Below are positions 13,943-27,480 of a stretch of DNA of 64,000 nucleotides, piece by piece. Source of the DNA: Paraspadella gotoi. Taxonomy: Eukaryota; Animalia; Chaetognatha. The notes under the pieces were generated by a model, which was not told where the DNA came from, made no database searches, and saw nothing but the letters and a program-made list of their open reading frames with translations. The stretch's first letter is position 1. Every line of letters starts with the position of its first letter. The stretch lies in NCBI GenBank assembly GCA_051294375.1, contig CM119264.1:26373011-26437010 (forward strand), written 5' to 3'. Both the position numbers and the translations under genes were made by a program.

Positions 13943-14174
13943 AACATCTTTGAAATATTATACTACTTCATTGATAGGGAAGCCAGGTACTCTGGGAGTG
14001 AATAAATAAGACTGTGAGAGAGTCTTGATTGAAAGCTTGCAAGGACCTGCTATGTCATTATCTTGTAAGAGTGATGGAGGCCTTGAACCACCAAAGCCTG
14101 TCCAAAGTCAGGGGCAAGATAGCTTATTTATTAAATGAATGGATAATTTTTATATCGGTTGTACCAATTTCATA
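13943..14174. mobile_element. Short interspersed repeat, copy 1 (unclassified non-autonomous TE fragment)
   Basis: Near-identical to 44707-44893 (cttcattgatagggaagccaggtactctgggagtga...ttatcttgtaagagtgatggaggcctt...aagatagcttattta...aatgaatggataatttttatat); copy 2 lacks an internal ~40 bp. Confidence 0.75.
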
Positions 14175-15038
14175 CTATATATCACTTTAAACAGAAAAAA
14201 ATCAATTGAAAAATCAAGATGAAACGTTCCTTCAATGTCATATGAAGACGGCGCTTTCTACTCAAATTTTTGACTCTCAACTTGCCACCGTTTCTTATTT
14301 GTCAAGAGCACCTTTTGCTTTTCTTGTTGGATTTTGTGACAAATTTAAAGGAAGATTGGCAACGACGACAAGTACGACGACGACGACGACGAAAACGACG
14401 ACGACGATATCAGGGATATCGACATTTCCACCACAACATCATCGAGTTTAAGGCAAAACTCAATCGACGAAGGAATGAAATTTGAAAACTTCCCACAAGA
14501 CTCACCGCGAAGATATGAGACGTCGAACCCAAACACCTTTAATATAACTTACCTCGGGAAGGTGAGTCAACTTTTCTGCGATGCTGAAGGCGTCGCGATG
14601 ACGAAGAGAGGGAATTTTGACGTTTTACGTATCTTCTCTTTTTTTTTACGAGAAGAACTTTGAAATTTTTTAGGTATCTCAGTCTTATTTTGAATCGTTT
14701 ATTGTTTTTAAAAAATTCAAGAAAATCCGTTAGTCGTCCTCTGTCTCTCTAGTCCGGTGAGCTTCTGTAACTATAATGGTAGTTCAGATTTGAGTTTACA
14801 TTCAGTGTTTTTAAAGTCGTAGTTCTTGTTTTAGTTAGATGATTAACAAATCATAGTTTTATGTTGATTTAATTAATTGATAAAAGGATGTAATTTTTTT
14901 CTTTCTTTGTTAGAATTTTCTAAGAAATTCCGAGACATCATCATCAATATCAATCATCTTCATCATCGGTGAAACTTCATGGCGGAAAGTAAATTTCTAT
15001 CTACCGCCCGTGTCCACAGCTAGAGTAACGGAATTATC

Positions 15039-15131
<93 letters not shown>

Positions 15132-15234
15132 GGCTGCGCATAAAGAGAAAAGACACAAGAGCAAACGATTAAAGCGATTAAGAAGATCATCTCTCGTTAT
15201 CATCCATCGTCCTACTGGCAAACCATCTAGCGTT

Positions 15235-15270
15235 TTCAATGAGTGAGTGAGAGAGAGAGAGAGAGAGAGC

Positions 15271-15301
<31 letters not shown>

Positions 15302-17290
15302 GAGAGAGAGAGAGAGTTAAAAGAGGAGAAAGAAAACGTCAATGCTCGATCATCACACTGAAGTACCCAGCCTCGTGACTCTCGTATCTCGTTCGCCACG
15401 CATCTGAACGAAACATGAACGAACAAATAGATAGATGCCATGAGAGTGGGAAAGGAATAGTGCGGAACGAAAGAATTAGGAGAACCAGTTACGACCGGAT
15501 ATGCTGACAGACAGGAAACAGCGCGAGAGGAGAGGCAGGACGCAGGACGCGAATCAGAGGAAAGGACATTTAAATTTCCCAGGCACCAATGAGAGAGAGC
15601 GACGGAGGAGGAGGAGGCCAAGGATTTGAGTTGTCGCTGTACGAAGTCTAAGATGATAAGGAGGGTTTTATTCACGCTATTTTCAGCCAATTAGAAATTT
15701 CGTCTAAAACTCTTCTCCACACAAGAGAGTAGGTCATGGAGCAAGACAGTCGGATCCTGGGTAGAAGAGAAACCAATCTAGGCGAACGTCACGAACGTGC
15801 GTTGGACGACGAGAGAGGGAAGGAGAGAAGAGAGAAACAGTAGCCAAACGGAATTCTGGAAGTAGAAAGACCGAGTAGAAGACGCGAAAGAAGGATCGCA
15901 CGACAGAGAGAGATGTGGACGTACGCGACGAGTACGTCAATCGTCGTCGTCGTCGTCGTAACGTCGTCACGACATCTCGATTCGGAATGAGAGAGATAAA
16001 ATTAATCGGTATGTTGTATCTTACCCCAGAAAAATGTCCACCTATTAAAGAAGAGAGAGCATCGCAGGTAAGAAGGAGGCAGAAAGCTCTTTATGTTATT
16101 ATATTTACTGTTCGCATAGTTTCCATAGCGCGGGTCCCTTGTGTTTTTTTTGCACTGGGCCATGAGCCCGAAACGAAATCTAGGCTAGTTGCCTACAGAC
16201 TAATGGGAAGGGCATGGAAAGTAGAGGAGACTAGGCAGACGTCGATGAGAAGCAATGAGTGGACAATTAGAAATTCTGGCGTTATATAGTCTTTGTCATA
16301 GGATGCGTAAGAAAAGTAGCGATAATATCTGGAGGTATATACTCACAGCACAACTGATTACGATGTCTCATGGTTTTAAAACAGACATCAACGCCCTCAA
16401 TCGTCCGAACTGAATGGCATAATATCAGAGAGCGTTTCACTTTAACTCAGTAATGTCTAGATAAGAGGGGTGTTGGAATGCGCCTAAGAGTAACACATAA
16501 ATAAGTAGAAAGATGAGACATAGAGAACGGAGTTTGGTTCGTTTAATTGAGAGATTTTGGAAGATTCTTTTGATCGCGAATATACTTCTTCTATCACCAT
16601 CACAGGATTGAGTGACTGTGAGAGGACGTGAGCAGAGAGAGATTGTCTTCAACAAAATGATTACATCTCTCGATTCAGCATAATTTCTCTCTTTTGTTAT
16701 CGTTTATACTTATTGTTTAGTAATTTTGCTAGCACTCCCCCCTTTCTCTCATAAGTTTCCATTGCATATATGGAGTACGGGATTGACGCTCTTCATTGGG
16801 TAACCCGCCTTTTTTCCAAGGCCGTCTCATGTTTCCTGTATTCTCTTATCATTTCTTCATCTGCTCTTAGTCAAGCTTCGTAGACCGTCTCCCATCGACC
16901 ACGAGACATTACTGACATGCGAGTTAATACCTTCCTATTTTCTCGAGCCTCGGATAACTAATTTGCAGTGCACTGCCAGATTGTTGGTGCGTGGAGCGTC
17001 CTTTCTTGTCCATATATCTGTGGTATAACATAAGGTGTTGCTTCTATCTCCATAACTTCAGGTACAATAATCATGCATCGTGCATTCAACTCTCCTCCGC
17101 GACTGATGAGTCGGCATTTTCCGTCGTACGAAAAGAAGCCTGGCATCTCGACTGGCAAATAAGTGGCGTCCAGAACGACAAAGCTGGGGAGCAGGGCTGT
17201 CAACGTGAGGTACAGGGGATAAAACAAGGCTGCCCTCCGATTCCGTGGATCAGAAGCCGTCAACGGAGACGTCAAAAGAAAAAGAAGAAA
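15235..17290. repeat. Insertion-riddled copy of 25540-26710
   Basis: Collinear anchors: gagagttaaaa; cgtcgtaacgtcgtcac...gaatgagagagataaaattaatcg; gactgatga...gtcggcatt...gactggcaaata...gtggcgtccagaacgacaaa...gctgggga. Confidence 0.8.
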
Positions 17291-20200
17291 TGGTAGACTG
17301 ATGCGCATCGAGAGAAATGTATCATCTCTCGGTCTTCTACTAACGTCCAGCCCAACACGTGAAATCGGGTTTCTTCCCAGGAATCCGTCTGTTCTGCAGT
17401 ATAAATAACTTTGGGATGAGGAAGAGTTTTATGATTTCTGAATAATTTCCTATTCACGTATTGAATAAATATGGTGACATAACACATAATATACTCTAAG
17501 TATTTGAGCTACACGCATCAATCAATTGATCGGCGTCTCTCATGGTGGGACATCCTATATTAAAAAATGTTTTTTCTCTCTCTCATATATGATATCACGG
17601 TTTGGCCTCTGGTGCCAGTGGCAGCATGCGAGTATCTATATTTGCCCACTATAAATGATCCTCTCGACTTTTATGATAGGAATTTTAATGAGGTGTTCAA
17701 AGTGGGGGAACGAAAGAAGAAGAAGGAGAAATGAGGAGGATACCAGAAGTGACCATAGAGCAGAGAGAAAGAGACGAAGAGAGAGAGAGAGGAGAAGAGA
17801 GAGGAAGAACGGGAAAAGAAGAGGGTTTACCTTTTTACACCCTCCCCCACAAGGAAAGAAAAAAGAATGAAAGTGTAGCAAATGCAGCCGAATGAGATGC
17901 TTCGCTATTTGGGAAAGCAGTTACCGGTAACTGGTTTTTATGTTTCTTTTTAAAGGTTTACTTATGATGAAAATAAGTGGGACTTTTGATAGGGTTTAAC
18001 GAAGGGTCCAGGGCTCGATAGAGTACCTGTAGATCACTATGAACCAATAGAGAGCCAAGATAAGAGACGAGTGTATTCTGAGCACGTAATGGAGAGAGAG
18101 AGAACGCAATGGCATAATACGTATCATGAAGAGGAGAGAGCAATTTGACGCTACCGAATACATTTTTGAACTATATGAACCATGAGAGAGAAGCAAACAG
18201 TCTTAATAATAGAATGAGACCGTACACTACTCAGTAACAATGCAATGTTTAGAGCTGTACATATTGTTATGTAGTATGTATAGTAGTGGTTTGTAATGTT
18301 ATGTGGAATGTTTACTCATTTATTTAAAGATGTAAATTATATTAGCAAATAAAATTAAAATGTAAAATAACTTTATATACAATACATTTTACAATATTCA
18401 GTGTTTTACACATAGTCATAGATCCACCGTTCTTTTTTAAACATCCACCCTCCTCTCTATACAGATGAATCGATATTGCTTAGTTTTTTTCTATTGTTTA
18501 TTTGAAGTAATATTCGAAAAAGGTAATTTTAATTCAGATTGCCAATAATAAAGAGAGAGAGAGATATATATATATATAGCGAGAGAGAGAGAGAGAGAGA
18601 TGAGAGTAGAGAAGAGAGAGAGAGGAGAGAGAAAGAGGAAGAGAGAGAGAATATGAATTGTAAAATTGAAGGAAGAGGGGCCTTTTTGGCCCTATCAATT
18701 TGTGCCCCTAAATTGCGTACATCAATTTACATTAATGAATAAAACGCAGAGAAGAGAGAGATGAAAGGAGGAAGGGAAGAGGAGAGAGAGAGAGAAGAAG
18801 AAGAGAGAAAGAGAGAGAAGAGAGGTCCCATTACACTATGAATTGTAACGATGGTCTTTATATATGTATGTTTTTTCGCTGCGCTTCTCTAGAGATTTAA
18901 ATAGAGAATTTAAAAGAACAACTGATTTCCTTTATATTCAATCAAGTAAATTGGGTAACGAGACAATTGCATTTTGATAAAATCATCAAATTCATATCAA
19001 TTGTGCTAATATAATTTTCGATTTATTAAAAATTTAAGTTTAACATTATAAACTTGGTTACAACGACTCGTTGATAACATAATCATTCAATAAAACTTTA
19101 AATACTCCCGAACGACACGTCAACTTTTCCTGTTTACTTTATTCAATTAGTGAATCACAATTGATGTATATATCAATTTGTTTCGAAACTTTTAGTATGA
19201 ATATCTTCATCCGTCATTCAATCTATACAAAAACCAGTTTCAATCTTTAAATCGAGTTCGATCTCGTATATTCTAGTTTTCCTTAGTTTTAAATCTTTCC
19301 CGGGTGACAACTTGAGGACGAAGTTGCCCTGGGGATAACCATATATGGGGTTCACGATTCGAGCCATAAGCCCCTCCCCGGGCACAACGTCATCACTGCT
19401 GTCGTACCGTGGAATTTGTAACGGGGGCCGTTTTCGCCGATTTAAACTGTTATTCATTTTATTATCAACGCTTTCAATTATCGCTTTGTTCGCTCGTCTG
19501 TAAAATCTCACGAACTCAAAAGGAACCTACTTTCACCAACGAAGCAATAAAAATCCGGGATTTCTTAGATTTGAAATAGATGAGAAAATAACAGCTGTTG
19601 ACAAAAAAGTTCATGTTTCCCGAATGAAACGAAAAAAGAGAAGAAAAATTATGCCAAAAATGAACTCGATCTCGATTCGCCCAGTGAAGAAAAAAAAGGA
19701 ATCGGTTCTTTCTTGAAAAATCTCACGTTATCTATATATAATTAATTATTAATTAATTATTTAACTAAAATAGACTAAACAACTTAACCAAACTCTCGTC
19801 CATCGAAGGATGTCCCTCCCAACAACCCTCGGACGACGGACTCCTCTTCTCCTCCACCTAAGCTCCTTCCACAATCCTCAACCACCACCCCCCCACCTCC
19901 TTCCACACCCCGCCCCTCGTCGTTCCCTCGTCATCCCCGCCCGGAAGTTTCCGCCCCCGACGGGTACTACCGCGCGTTTTAACGCTGGTGGGAAGGAATC
20001 GCGCGAAATGACGGTCACTTCGGGAACCGGTGAGCTGCCAAGGACGCGAAGAATCTCGTGGGGATTCAGCATCGGAGGGGGGGCGCCGTTATTTCCCGTG
20101 TCCTACTCGTGCAGGTTTTGCCTGGGGTTGGGAGGGGCGAGGTTGGAAGTAATTAGTTATGAAGAATCGATTTTATTAAAGTTACCGATTTCTTTAACAT

Positions 20201-20605
20201 TTTTTGGTTAAATTCATGAAAAGGGGTTTTTTTTGTTCTTGACATCGTATACTTGCTTTGCCCTCCGCCGCGGTTAAATTTTTACAAAATGGAACTTTAA
20301 AAATAAGTAAGCGTTTTAAATCATGAAACTGGAAGGAGGCCCACTAATTAATTGTTAGTGTTTAGTAGAACGCTTTTCGGATCAGGCTTCGTACAGGGCC
20401 TGTAAACACGGGGTTATTAAAGGCGGGATAAACCACCCCCCGACCCATCTTTAAACTCTAGCCGACAACCGGGCCTAGAACCGCACCTTTGGTTGTAGGA
20501 GACGAAATGACTTGCGTTCCGGCACAATGGGCCGCTGCAGAATGTAGGTGGAATTTTTAGTCCCACCATAAACAACATTCAATGCCATTTTAACTTTGAA
20601 ATCAG

Positions 20606-23271
20606 ATCTTCGAACAAAACCCGGCAAGCCCCAAATTCGACGGAAAATCATTGAATTGTTTCCGGGAGACGAAATCAACACGCCGTTCCAATGGAAAAAT
20701 GCGTCAAAGGGAAGACGAGATTGCAAGTGGCCAGATGATCCAGGAAAATCGGGGGGCAGGTGAGGGACGAAAATGAAAGAAGAATGAATGAATGAATGAA
20801 TTAATCTTTTTTCCGCTATTTTAAAAATATTAGCTCAATATTTTATCACAGGTCACCATAACCTTTCAACAAAAAACTTCACGCGGACGCAATCTCCAAG
20901 GGATGGCATTGATATAGATCTTGAAAAAAGGTGAGTAAAAAGAGTAAGTCAAGAAATTGCATCAAGCCCGTCTATCCCGTCCCCATTGTTTGTCCTCTTG
21001 GGTTTATCTTCTCTCTTTTCTGTCTCCTCTCTCTGTCTTGTCACTCTCTCTTTTCTGTCTCGCTGGGCGGTCCCTTTCCGTCCCTCGTGTAAATGTGGTT
21101 TCTTGTTTTCTATTTGTTCCTGTCTGTCTATCTCTTCTGTAATTGACTCTGTCCTTAATCTATCTTTTCCACTCCATTCTCAATACCCTTCTTTCCGAAA
21201 TTTCCATCTTCCCTCAGGTGAAGCCTCGTTTCGTTCGAATCAATTGGTCATCGTCCACCGCCCGACGTTTTCTCGGTAAAAAATTTTGAATTTTCAAAGT
21301 TCTTTTTAAAATAAACAATATGAGTTTTTTATCTATGTTCATTTGCGTTGATGAAGACTTCGCAACCATAGAGTCGAAAAGGGTCCCATTTATTTATCCC
21401 CCAAAATCGTTGTTTGTAAACAATAAAAACTTTTGTTTTCTCTAAATATGTGTGTATTAATATTCAATTTAGGTTTTGAGTCGGCGCGAATTTTGGCAAC
21501 GACGTTTGGTGAAGAAACTCGAAAGATTTGGAAGCGAAAGCTTGAAACGTTCGCGGCCCTCATTGCCGCAACATAAGACCGACCCTTCGGTTGGATAAAA
21601 CACAAAGACAACAAACAACCATAATTATAAAAACCAAACATTCCGCTTTGATCTTAAGAATAAATACGTCAACAAAAACAAAAATAACTTACCGGGTGAA
21701 AAACAAAATTAGCCAGCAACAACAAGCAGAGCGGCAACGACAACCTACCGGAAACTACGAGAGACGATTACCTAAACAACAACAATTTAACTCAACTAAC
21801 ATCGACCAACCAATTCAAAAACTAAAATGACAAACTTCAACACAAAGTGCGGGAAAAGACGATAAAAAAAATCCAAACACAAACGGCCTTGTGATGTGAC
21901 TTTGCTCGTCGTCTTTTCCGAAATCATCTGAAAGCCGACCAATCAACAGAAACCTTTAATTTTTTCCAACCTTATTTGGGGAGACCAATGACGCGACAGA
22001 GAGACCTTAAGGGTCCGATGGCCGGAGATTGCCGAGGGACTCGAGGCATTCCTCCTCGACATCCCGAACTTCAAGAAACAATTCCCTTTCCTTCCGGTTT
22101 AATAATTGTATATTAATTATTTGAGCGTAAACCTTTGGCCGTTCGTTGTCGTCCATTACCTTGGGTTCCGGATCGACCTATCATTGTCCGTCCCGCCTAA
22201 TAAACTATTGTTCAACTATTTACTCGGCCTTCCGGCTTTAATAATTACCCTCGTTTTAGATTAACGTCCAACGATTTCATTTTTACAACTCCATCCACAT
22301 AATAACGTTCTTCTCCCAATCCAAAACCACCACCCCAACCCCTTCGCCTCCCCCATTTCCAGATGCCATGCCTCATAGGCGGGACGTCCTACGAGTCCTT
22401 CGCCGCCACGCCCTTCTCCGACGCCGGCGGTCCAACGACCCTTTTCCCTCGGCGTCGGAGGCGCCTGCTTCGCGGGTGGGCCCGTGGCGCATCGCGGGCC
22501 CTCGAGCGCCTCGTCCGTCCGACCGGCCCCGTTCCCGAGTTTGAGCCGAATGATCGGGGATCGGGGACGTTCTCAATCAGGCGTTCCCGGACATAACGGA
22601 ATGACGAACAAGAAATACGCGGAACGTCAAGTTCGAGTTATTTGTCTTAATTGTTTGAAGGTTCAAGGAAGAAATGGACGACGAGGAGTAGGGGCGGCGG
22701 GTGAGTCGTTTAATCGATTTGATTGGAATTTTGATTTGATTTGATGGGGGTTTGGTTTTTATTGATTGTTTTGTTATTTAGGAGATTGGATTGATGTGAG
22801 TTCAATTGATTTATTGATTGATTAGATTGATTTGATTCGTTATGACCCAAAAGACGGATTTATCGATTGGAATTTGAGGGAGAGGGTTTTTGGCATGAGT
22901 TTTGTGGACGAATTGTAAATGATTGATATGATAATTCGCTGTTTTTTTTATTAATTGTTTCAAATCAATGGAATTTGATATATATTATTTTCATTTGAAA
23001 TAAATTGAAATTGAATGAATAAAAGTTTAAAAAAGGGTTTTATTGAATTATTGATTAATTGGAATTTCTATTTAAACCGAATTGATTGATTCCTTTTCTT
23101 CCCTTTCTCCTCAGTGGTTGACGATCCTCTACAAGGGGTGGAACGGCAACTACGACCTTACAGGGTTCGTCCCCTTCGTTTGCCGCAATCGCCAAGATAG
23201 CGATTCGCCAAGAGCAGGAGGAACGTGATGTCAAGCTGGAGCCTGTTTTTGGGAGTCGAAAGCAGGTTCAG
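20606..23271 (+). other. Candidate spliced transcript (exon-like blocks 20606-20759, 20852-20930, 21218-21275, 22363/22379-22700, 23115-23271); orphan peptide or lncRNA
   Basis: GC-rich blocks bounded by YAG acceptors and GTGAGG/GTGAGT/GTAAGA donors (the 21276 donor GTAAAA is weak), separated by AT-rich intron-like DNA; partial frame continuity only; no domain recognised. Confidence 0.25.
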
Positions 23272-25550
23272 GTAAGATGGAAGCGAAGTTAAATTTTGGC
23301 TTAGCAGGAACAGCTGTATTGAGTTTTAAAAATCTACTATATTGCGGAAGCAGAAAGTGAGTTGAATATCTAATGTTTTGTTTAAGTAAAAGAATTAATA
23401 GGGTCCGTAACTAGTAATTCCAGATCGATAAAGTATTTAACTAAAGTCCGCATTGTACATTTGGAAAGGTTTTGATAGAAATTTTTATGAACCATCAATC
23501 AAGAAAAAAAGTTGAATCTGAAATTGATTTAACAAGCTTTATAATTAAACTTCGAAGCAAAGCATATAGCCCATATAATGCTGCAGCTAGTTTGGCAATT
23601 TTCACGACCGTCATTCCACTTCCTCCTCCAAGGACCCACCGTCCCTTCCAGCTCCAAAGGTTTCGTGGAAGGTCTGCTCAAGTATTACCAAGACTCCCCT
23701 GGACAGCCGTCCGTCCGCAGCCTCAAGCGACAAATTTCCGTGGGGAGATCGAACTCGGCCGCGTCGCCGGAGGTCGCCGACGGCCCGGTTGGAACCTTCG
23801 CCGGACGACTTTAGACGAGGATGTGGAAGGAGAAGGAGGAAAGAAGAGGAGGATGACGAAGCTTGCTTGAAGGAGCTGGGGAGGTTTGGGGAGAAGAAAG
23901 GGGTGGGAGGAGGGAGGGGAGGAGTCGAGGGGAAGGAGAGAAATTGAGGAGGTTGAAATTTCGTTTGAGAAGGGGGAAGGTGAGAAGAAGAAGAAACCAG
24001 AAGTTGAAATCCTGTTGGTTTTGAATTTGGGATGAATAAGTGGTGAAAAAATTGGGGTGGGAATGGAAAGAGAAGATTTGTGGGAAGAAAGAGAAGATTG
24101 TGGATGGAAAAGGGAGATTGGGTGGAAATGGAAGAAAAGATTGGGGTGAGATTGGAGATGAAGATGTGGGATGGAAGAGATGGGGTTTGTAAAATGGAAG
24201 AGGTTTTGGAAATGACACAGAATATTGGTAGGGCATGGAAATTAGATGAAGCCTACGTTATTGAGATGGCCACAAGTTTATGTGCGTTATGAATTAAAAT
24301 CTACTCTGGAATTTAGATTTATAACGTTTCGATTGAGAGGGCTTTGAAATTCTTGAAATCCAATGTTGGTTGTTTTTTTTAAAGTTTGTTTCTTGGGTTT
24401 ATAAAAAAACCAAATCAACGCTTGACTCCCACATTGAAAAGTTCGTTGCTTAATAAATTTTCTCTTTAATATACTGCGTTCTTTTTGTTTTGGAAGATGT
24501 TATTTTGAATAAGTAATTGATTTAAAATTGTTATAATGAAGCTAATCGAAAAAATAGAAACTGTGGAAATAAGAAAACCGCGGCTCCCAATCGGCTTTTC
24601 CCACATTAGAGACCTGATTCTCGACTTCGTTCCACAGAAAAGACTATGAGTCGATCCGAAAAATTCTCTTTAAAACTAAATTTTTCTCTTAGCGATTTTT
24701 TCGAGAAGTGATCCCGTCCAATCTTTTTTTTGTTCTATTCGGAACCGCTTTGGCAGCGTTTGAAAGGGTTCAGCCGGAGGCATAAAAAAGGGTCTTCGGG
24801 ATTCGAATTGGGGTCAACAAAGGAATCCTCGAGATCCGGCCTCGGTCTTCCGAGGGGCCTCTCCGGGGGTTTTGAAAAGGGTGCTCGCCCATTCGAATCG
24901 AGGGATCCAGCGGGCTTTCGTCCGGAGATCTCTCTCTTAATCCCGGCGAACATCCTCGGTCAAAGGATCGAGCCTTAGACGATGCCGACTCGAGGAAGAA
25001 ATGAGCCGCTTCTGGCAAGCCAAACGTCCCCCCGGATTCGCGGCAGCAGTTTTCCAAGGAAGTGAGGGGCAACGGGAAAGTCATTGCCGACACCAGAGTG
25101 AAGGGTCAACTCGTCAAAGGTTCGAGGGATTATTGGGGGCCAGTTTTAGTCGGTTTCGACAGTCGTTTGAAAATCCGTAGGTCTGGTATTAAGTAATTTC
25201 CTCTATTGATCGGTTTAATCGTTATGAAACCTCAAGCGGGTTGAAATCGGTCCAATTTGGTTGGGGCATTTAAAAATTTTACATCATCGATTCAATTTTT
25301 TAAGACCAATCCGATTAAGTGGAGAGCTTTTTTGGATTCAATTATTTAAATTGTCAACTTGAGACTCTAAGTGAATGCCATGGGGTCGTTGGCAATATGG
25401 TTGGTAAGTCCCAGTCAAGCTTATGTCTTATCTTTAAAATTTAATGATCGATCAATCATTAAAGACACTTGAATTTCGGTTTCCATAGGTTTTTGTTTCG
25501 GTATTTNNNNNNNNNNNNNNNNNNNNNNNNNAGGAGAGAGTTCATGAGTT

Positions 25551-25592
<42 letters not shown>

Positions 25593-26734
25593 AGAATGAG
25601 AGAGAGAGAGAGAGTTAAAAGGGAGAAAGAATAACGAAGTCGACAAATGAAGTAAGCCTGGACTCGACTTGGAGAAAGAAACGAAAATGAACGAAGGAGG
25701 GGGAGGTCGGAGGTAGGAAGGAGCGGAATGAGAAAAAGGGGGGTAGGAGGAGGAGAGAGGAGGAGGAGAAGACGGAGGGAGGAGGAGGAGGAGGAATCTA
25801 AAAAAATCTAGGACGACGACTGAGCGAGGAAAAACACCACGAAATTCTATACTAGAAACGCAAATGTCCACGTCGTCGTCGTCGTCATCGTCGTCGTCGT
25901 CGTCGTAACGTCGTCACCGACTCTCGATTCGAATGAGAGAGATAAAATTAATCGTTGTTGTATCTTCCCAAAAAATGTCCCTAATTAAAAGCGAGGCTCG
26001 TGAAGGAGCGAATCTCTTCTTTTTTTTTCTTTTTTTTCGTGCGTGCTTGTGTTTTTTATGCACTGGGATAAAAGGTTTTGATAATGGATGGATGGAATCA
26101 GACTGATGAGAAGATATGGACTTTTTTTTTTAATTCTAAAATGCAAATTAACTGGATGCAAGAACGGATTTGGTTTTAAAACAAAAAAAAAGCCTATCGT
26201 CGAACTGATGGCATATACGAGCTTTCTTTTTTCTGATAAATTATTGCTCTAAACAGATGGCATGAAACGGAGTTGCCTTTGATGGAAGACCGGATCAAAT
26301 CACTTTTTATCATAGGATTGAGTGCTGTAATACATCAAAAATACACCGAGGTTTTTTTTGTATTCTTTCGTATTGTGCATATTTTAATTTAGCGAAAACT
26401 ATCCCATATTTACATTTTATTGTTTATAGTAAAACAAACGAAAATACGAAGTATTAAACTCTATTTTTCGGTACTCTAGTTCTGACTTTCTTTGCAATCG
26501 GGAAAAAAGTGTTGTTATCAAAAGGACAAAAGATGGCAACCGGACTGATGAAAGTCGGCATTCGTGACGAAAAGAAGTGGCATCCGGACTGGCAAATAGT
26601 GGCGTCCAGAACGACAAAAGCTGGGGACAGGGCTGACAACGGAGGTGACAGGGGATAAAAACAGAGGCGCCGATGTGGAAAGAGCAACGGAGACCAAAGA
26701 AAGACGAAAAGGGAGAGGAGGAGAGAGAAAGATA

Positions 26735-27067
26735 TTTCCACTAAGACCATCCGAATAGATTTTTCCACTATGACCATCCAAATACATTTTTCCACTATGA
26801 CCATCGGAATACATTTATCCACTTTGACCATCCGAATAGATTTTTCCACTTTGACCATCCAAATACATTTTTCCATTATGACCATCCAAATACATTTTTC
26901 CACTAAGATAATCTGAATACATTTATCCACTATTACCAATGGTCATTTACCATCCGAATAGATTTGTTCACTATGACCATCCAAATACATTTTTCTACTA
27001 TGACCATCTGAATACATTTATCCACTTTGACCATCCGAATACATTTTTCAACTTTGACCATCCAAAT
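26735..27067. repeat. 27-bp minisatellite, ~12 copies (ccactatgaccatccaaatacattttt)
   Basis: Direct tandem units; explains the MVIVEKCIW-repeat pseudo-ORF on the minus strand. Confidence 0.95.
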
Positions 27068-27390
27068 AAGATAACCGACATTCGAGTATATTGCGAAAAA
27101 GGAGAGATAGCACTTGATCAAAACCCTGCCAAGCATAGCAAAGGAACGTGCAACACCGACATCAGTTTTTTCGTTCGTTTGTTTTAAAACTTAAACAAAA
27201 CCAATTAAGAGTTGATTTCCTAGAAAAGAAAATAAGAAACTGGAAGCCTCGACACAAACAGTCGCGTGTTCGAACTGAGAACCGAAGTTTGACTGTAAAA
27301 AAAAGCGGAGTTAAAAAAAAAGAAAAACAGAAAGAAAGAAAAAGAAAAAAACGGAGGAAGGAAAACAAACAAAACAAACGACAACAAAAA

Positions 27391-27480
27391 CAACCAATCA
27401 CGAGGGCCGATCGACGAATATGATTGGCCAACGACGACAGCGATGATTGGTCAACCACGCCCTCGACGATGATTGGACAA
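27391..27480. promoter_or_regulatory. Cluster of four CCAAT boxes (NF-Y-type, all with CCAATCA)
   Basis: CCAAT 27394-98; ATTGG 27423-27, 27446-50, 27472-76, each as TGATTGG/CCAATCA. Confidence 0.45.

Noticed and set aside
26454-27187. Repeat-protein ORFs (MVIVEKCIW / DHPNTF repeats)
   Set aside because: A by-product of a 27-bp unit being a multiple of three; no splice or expression evidence.
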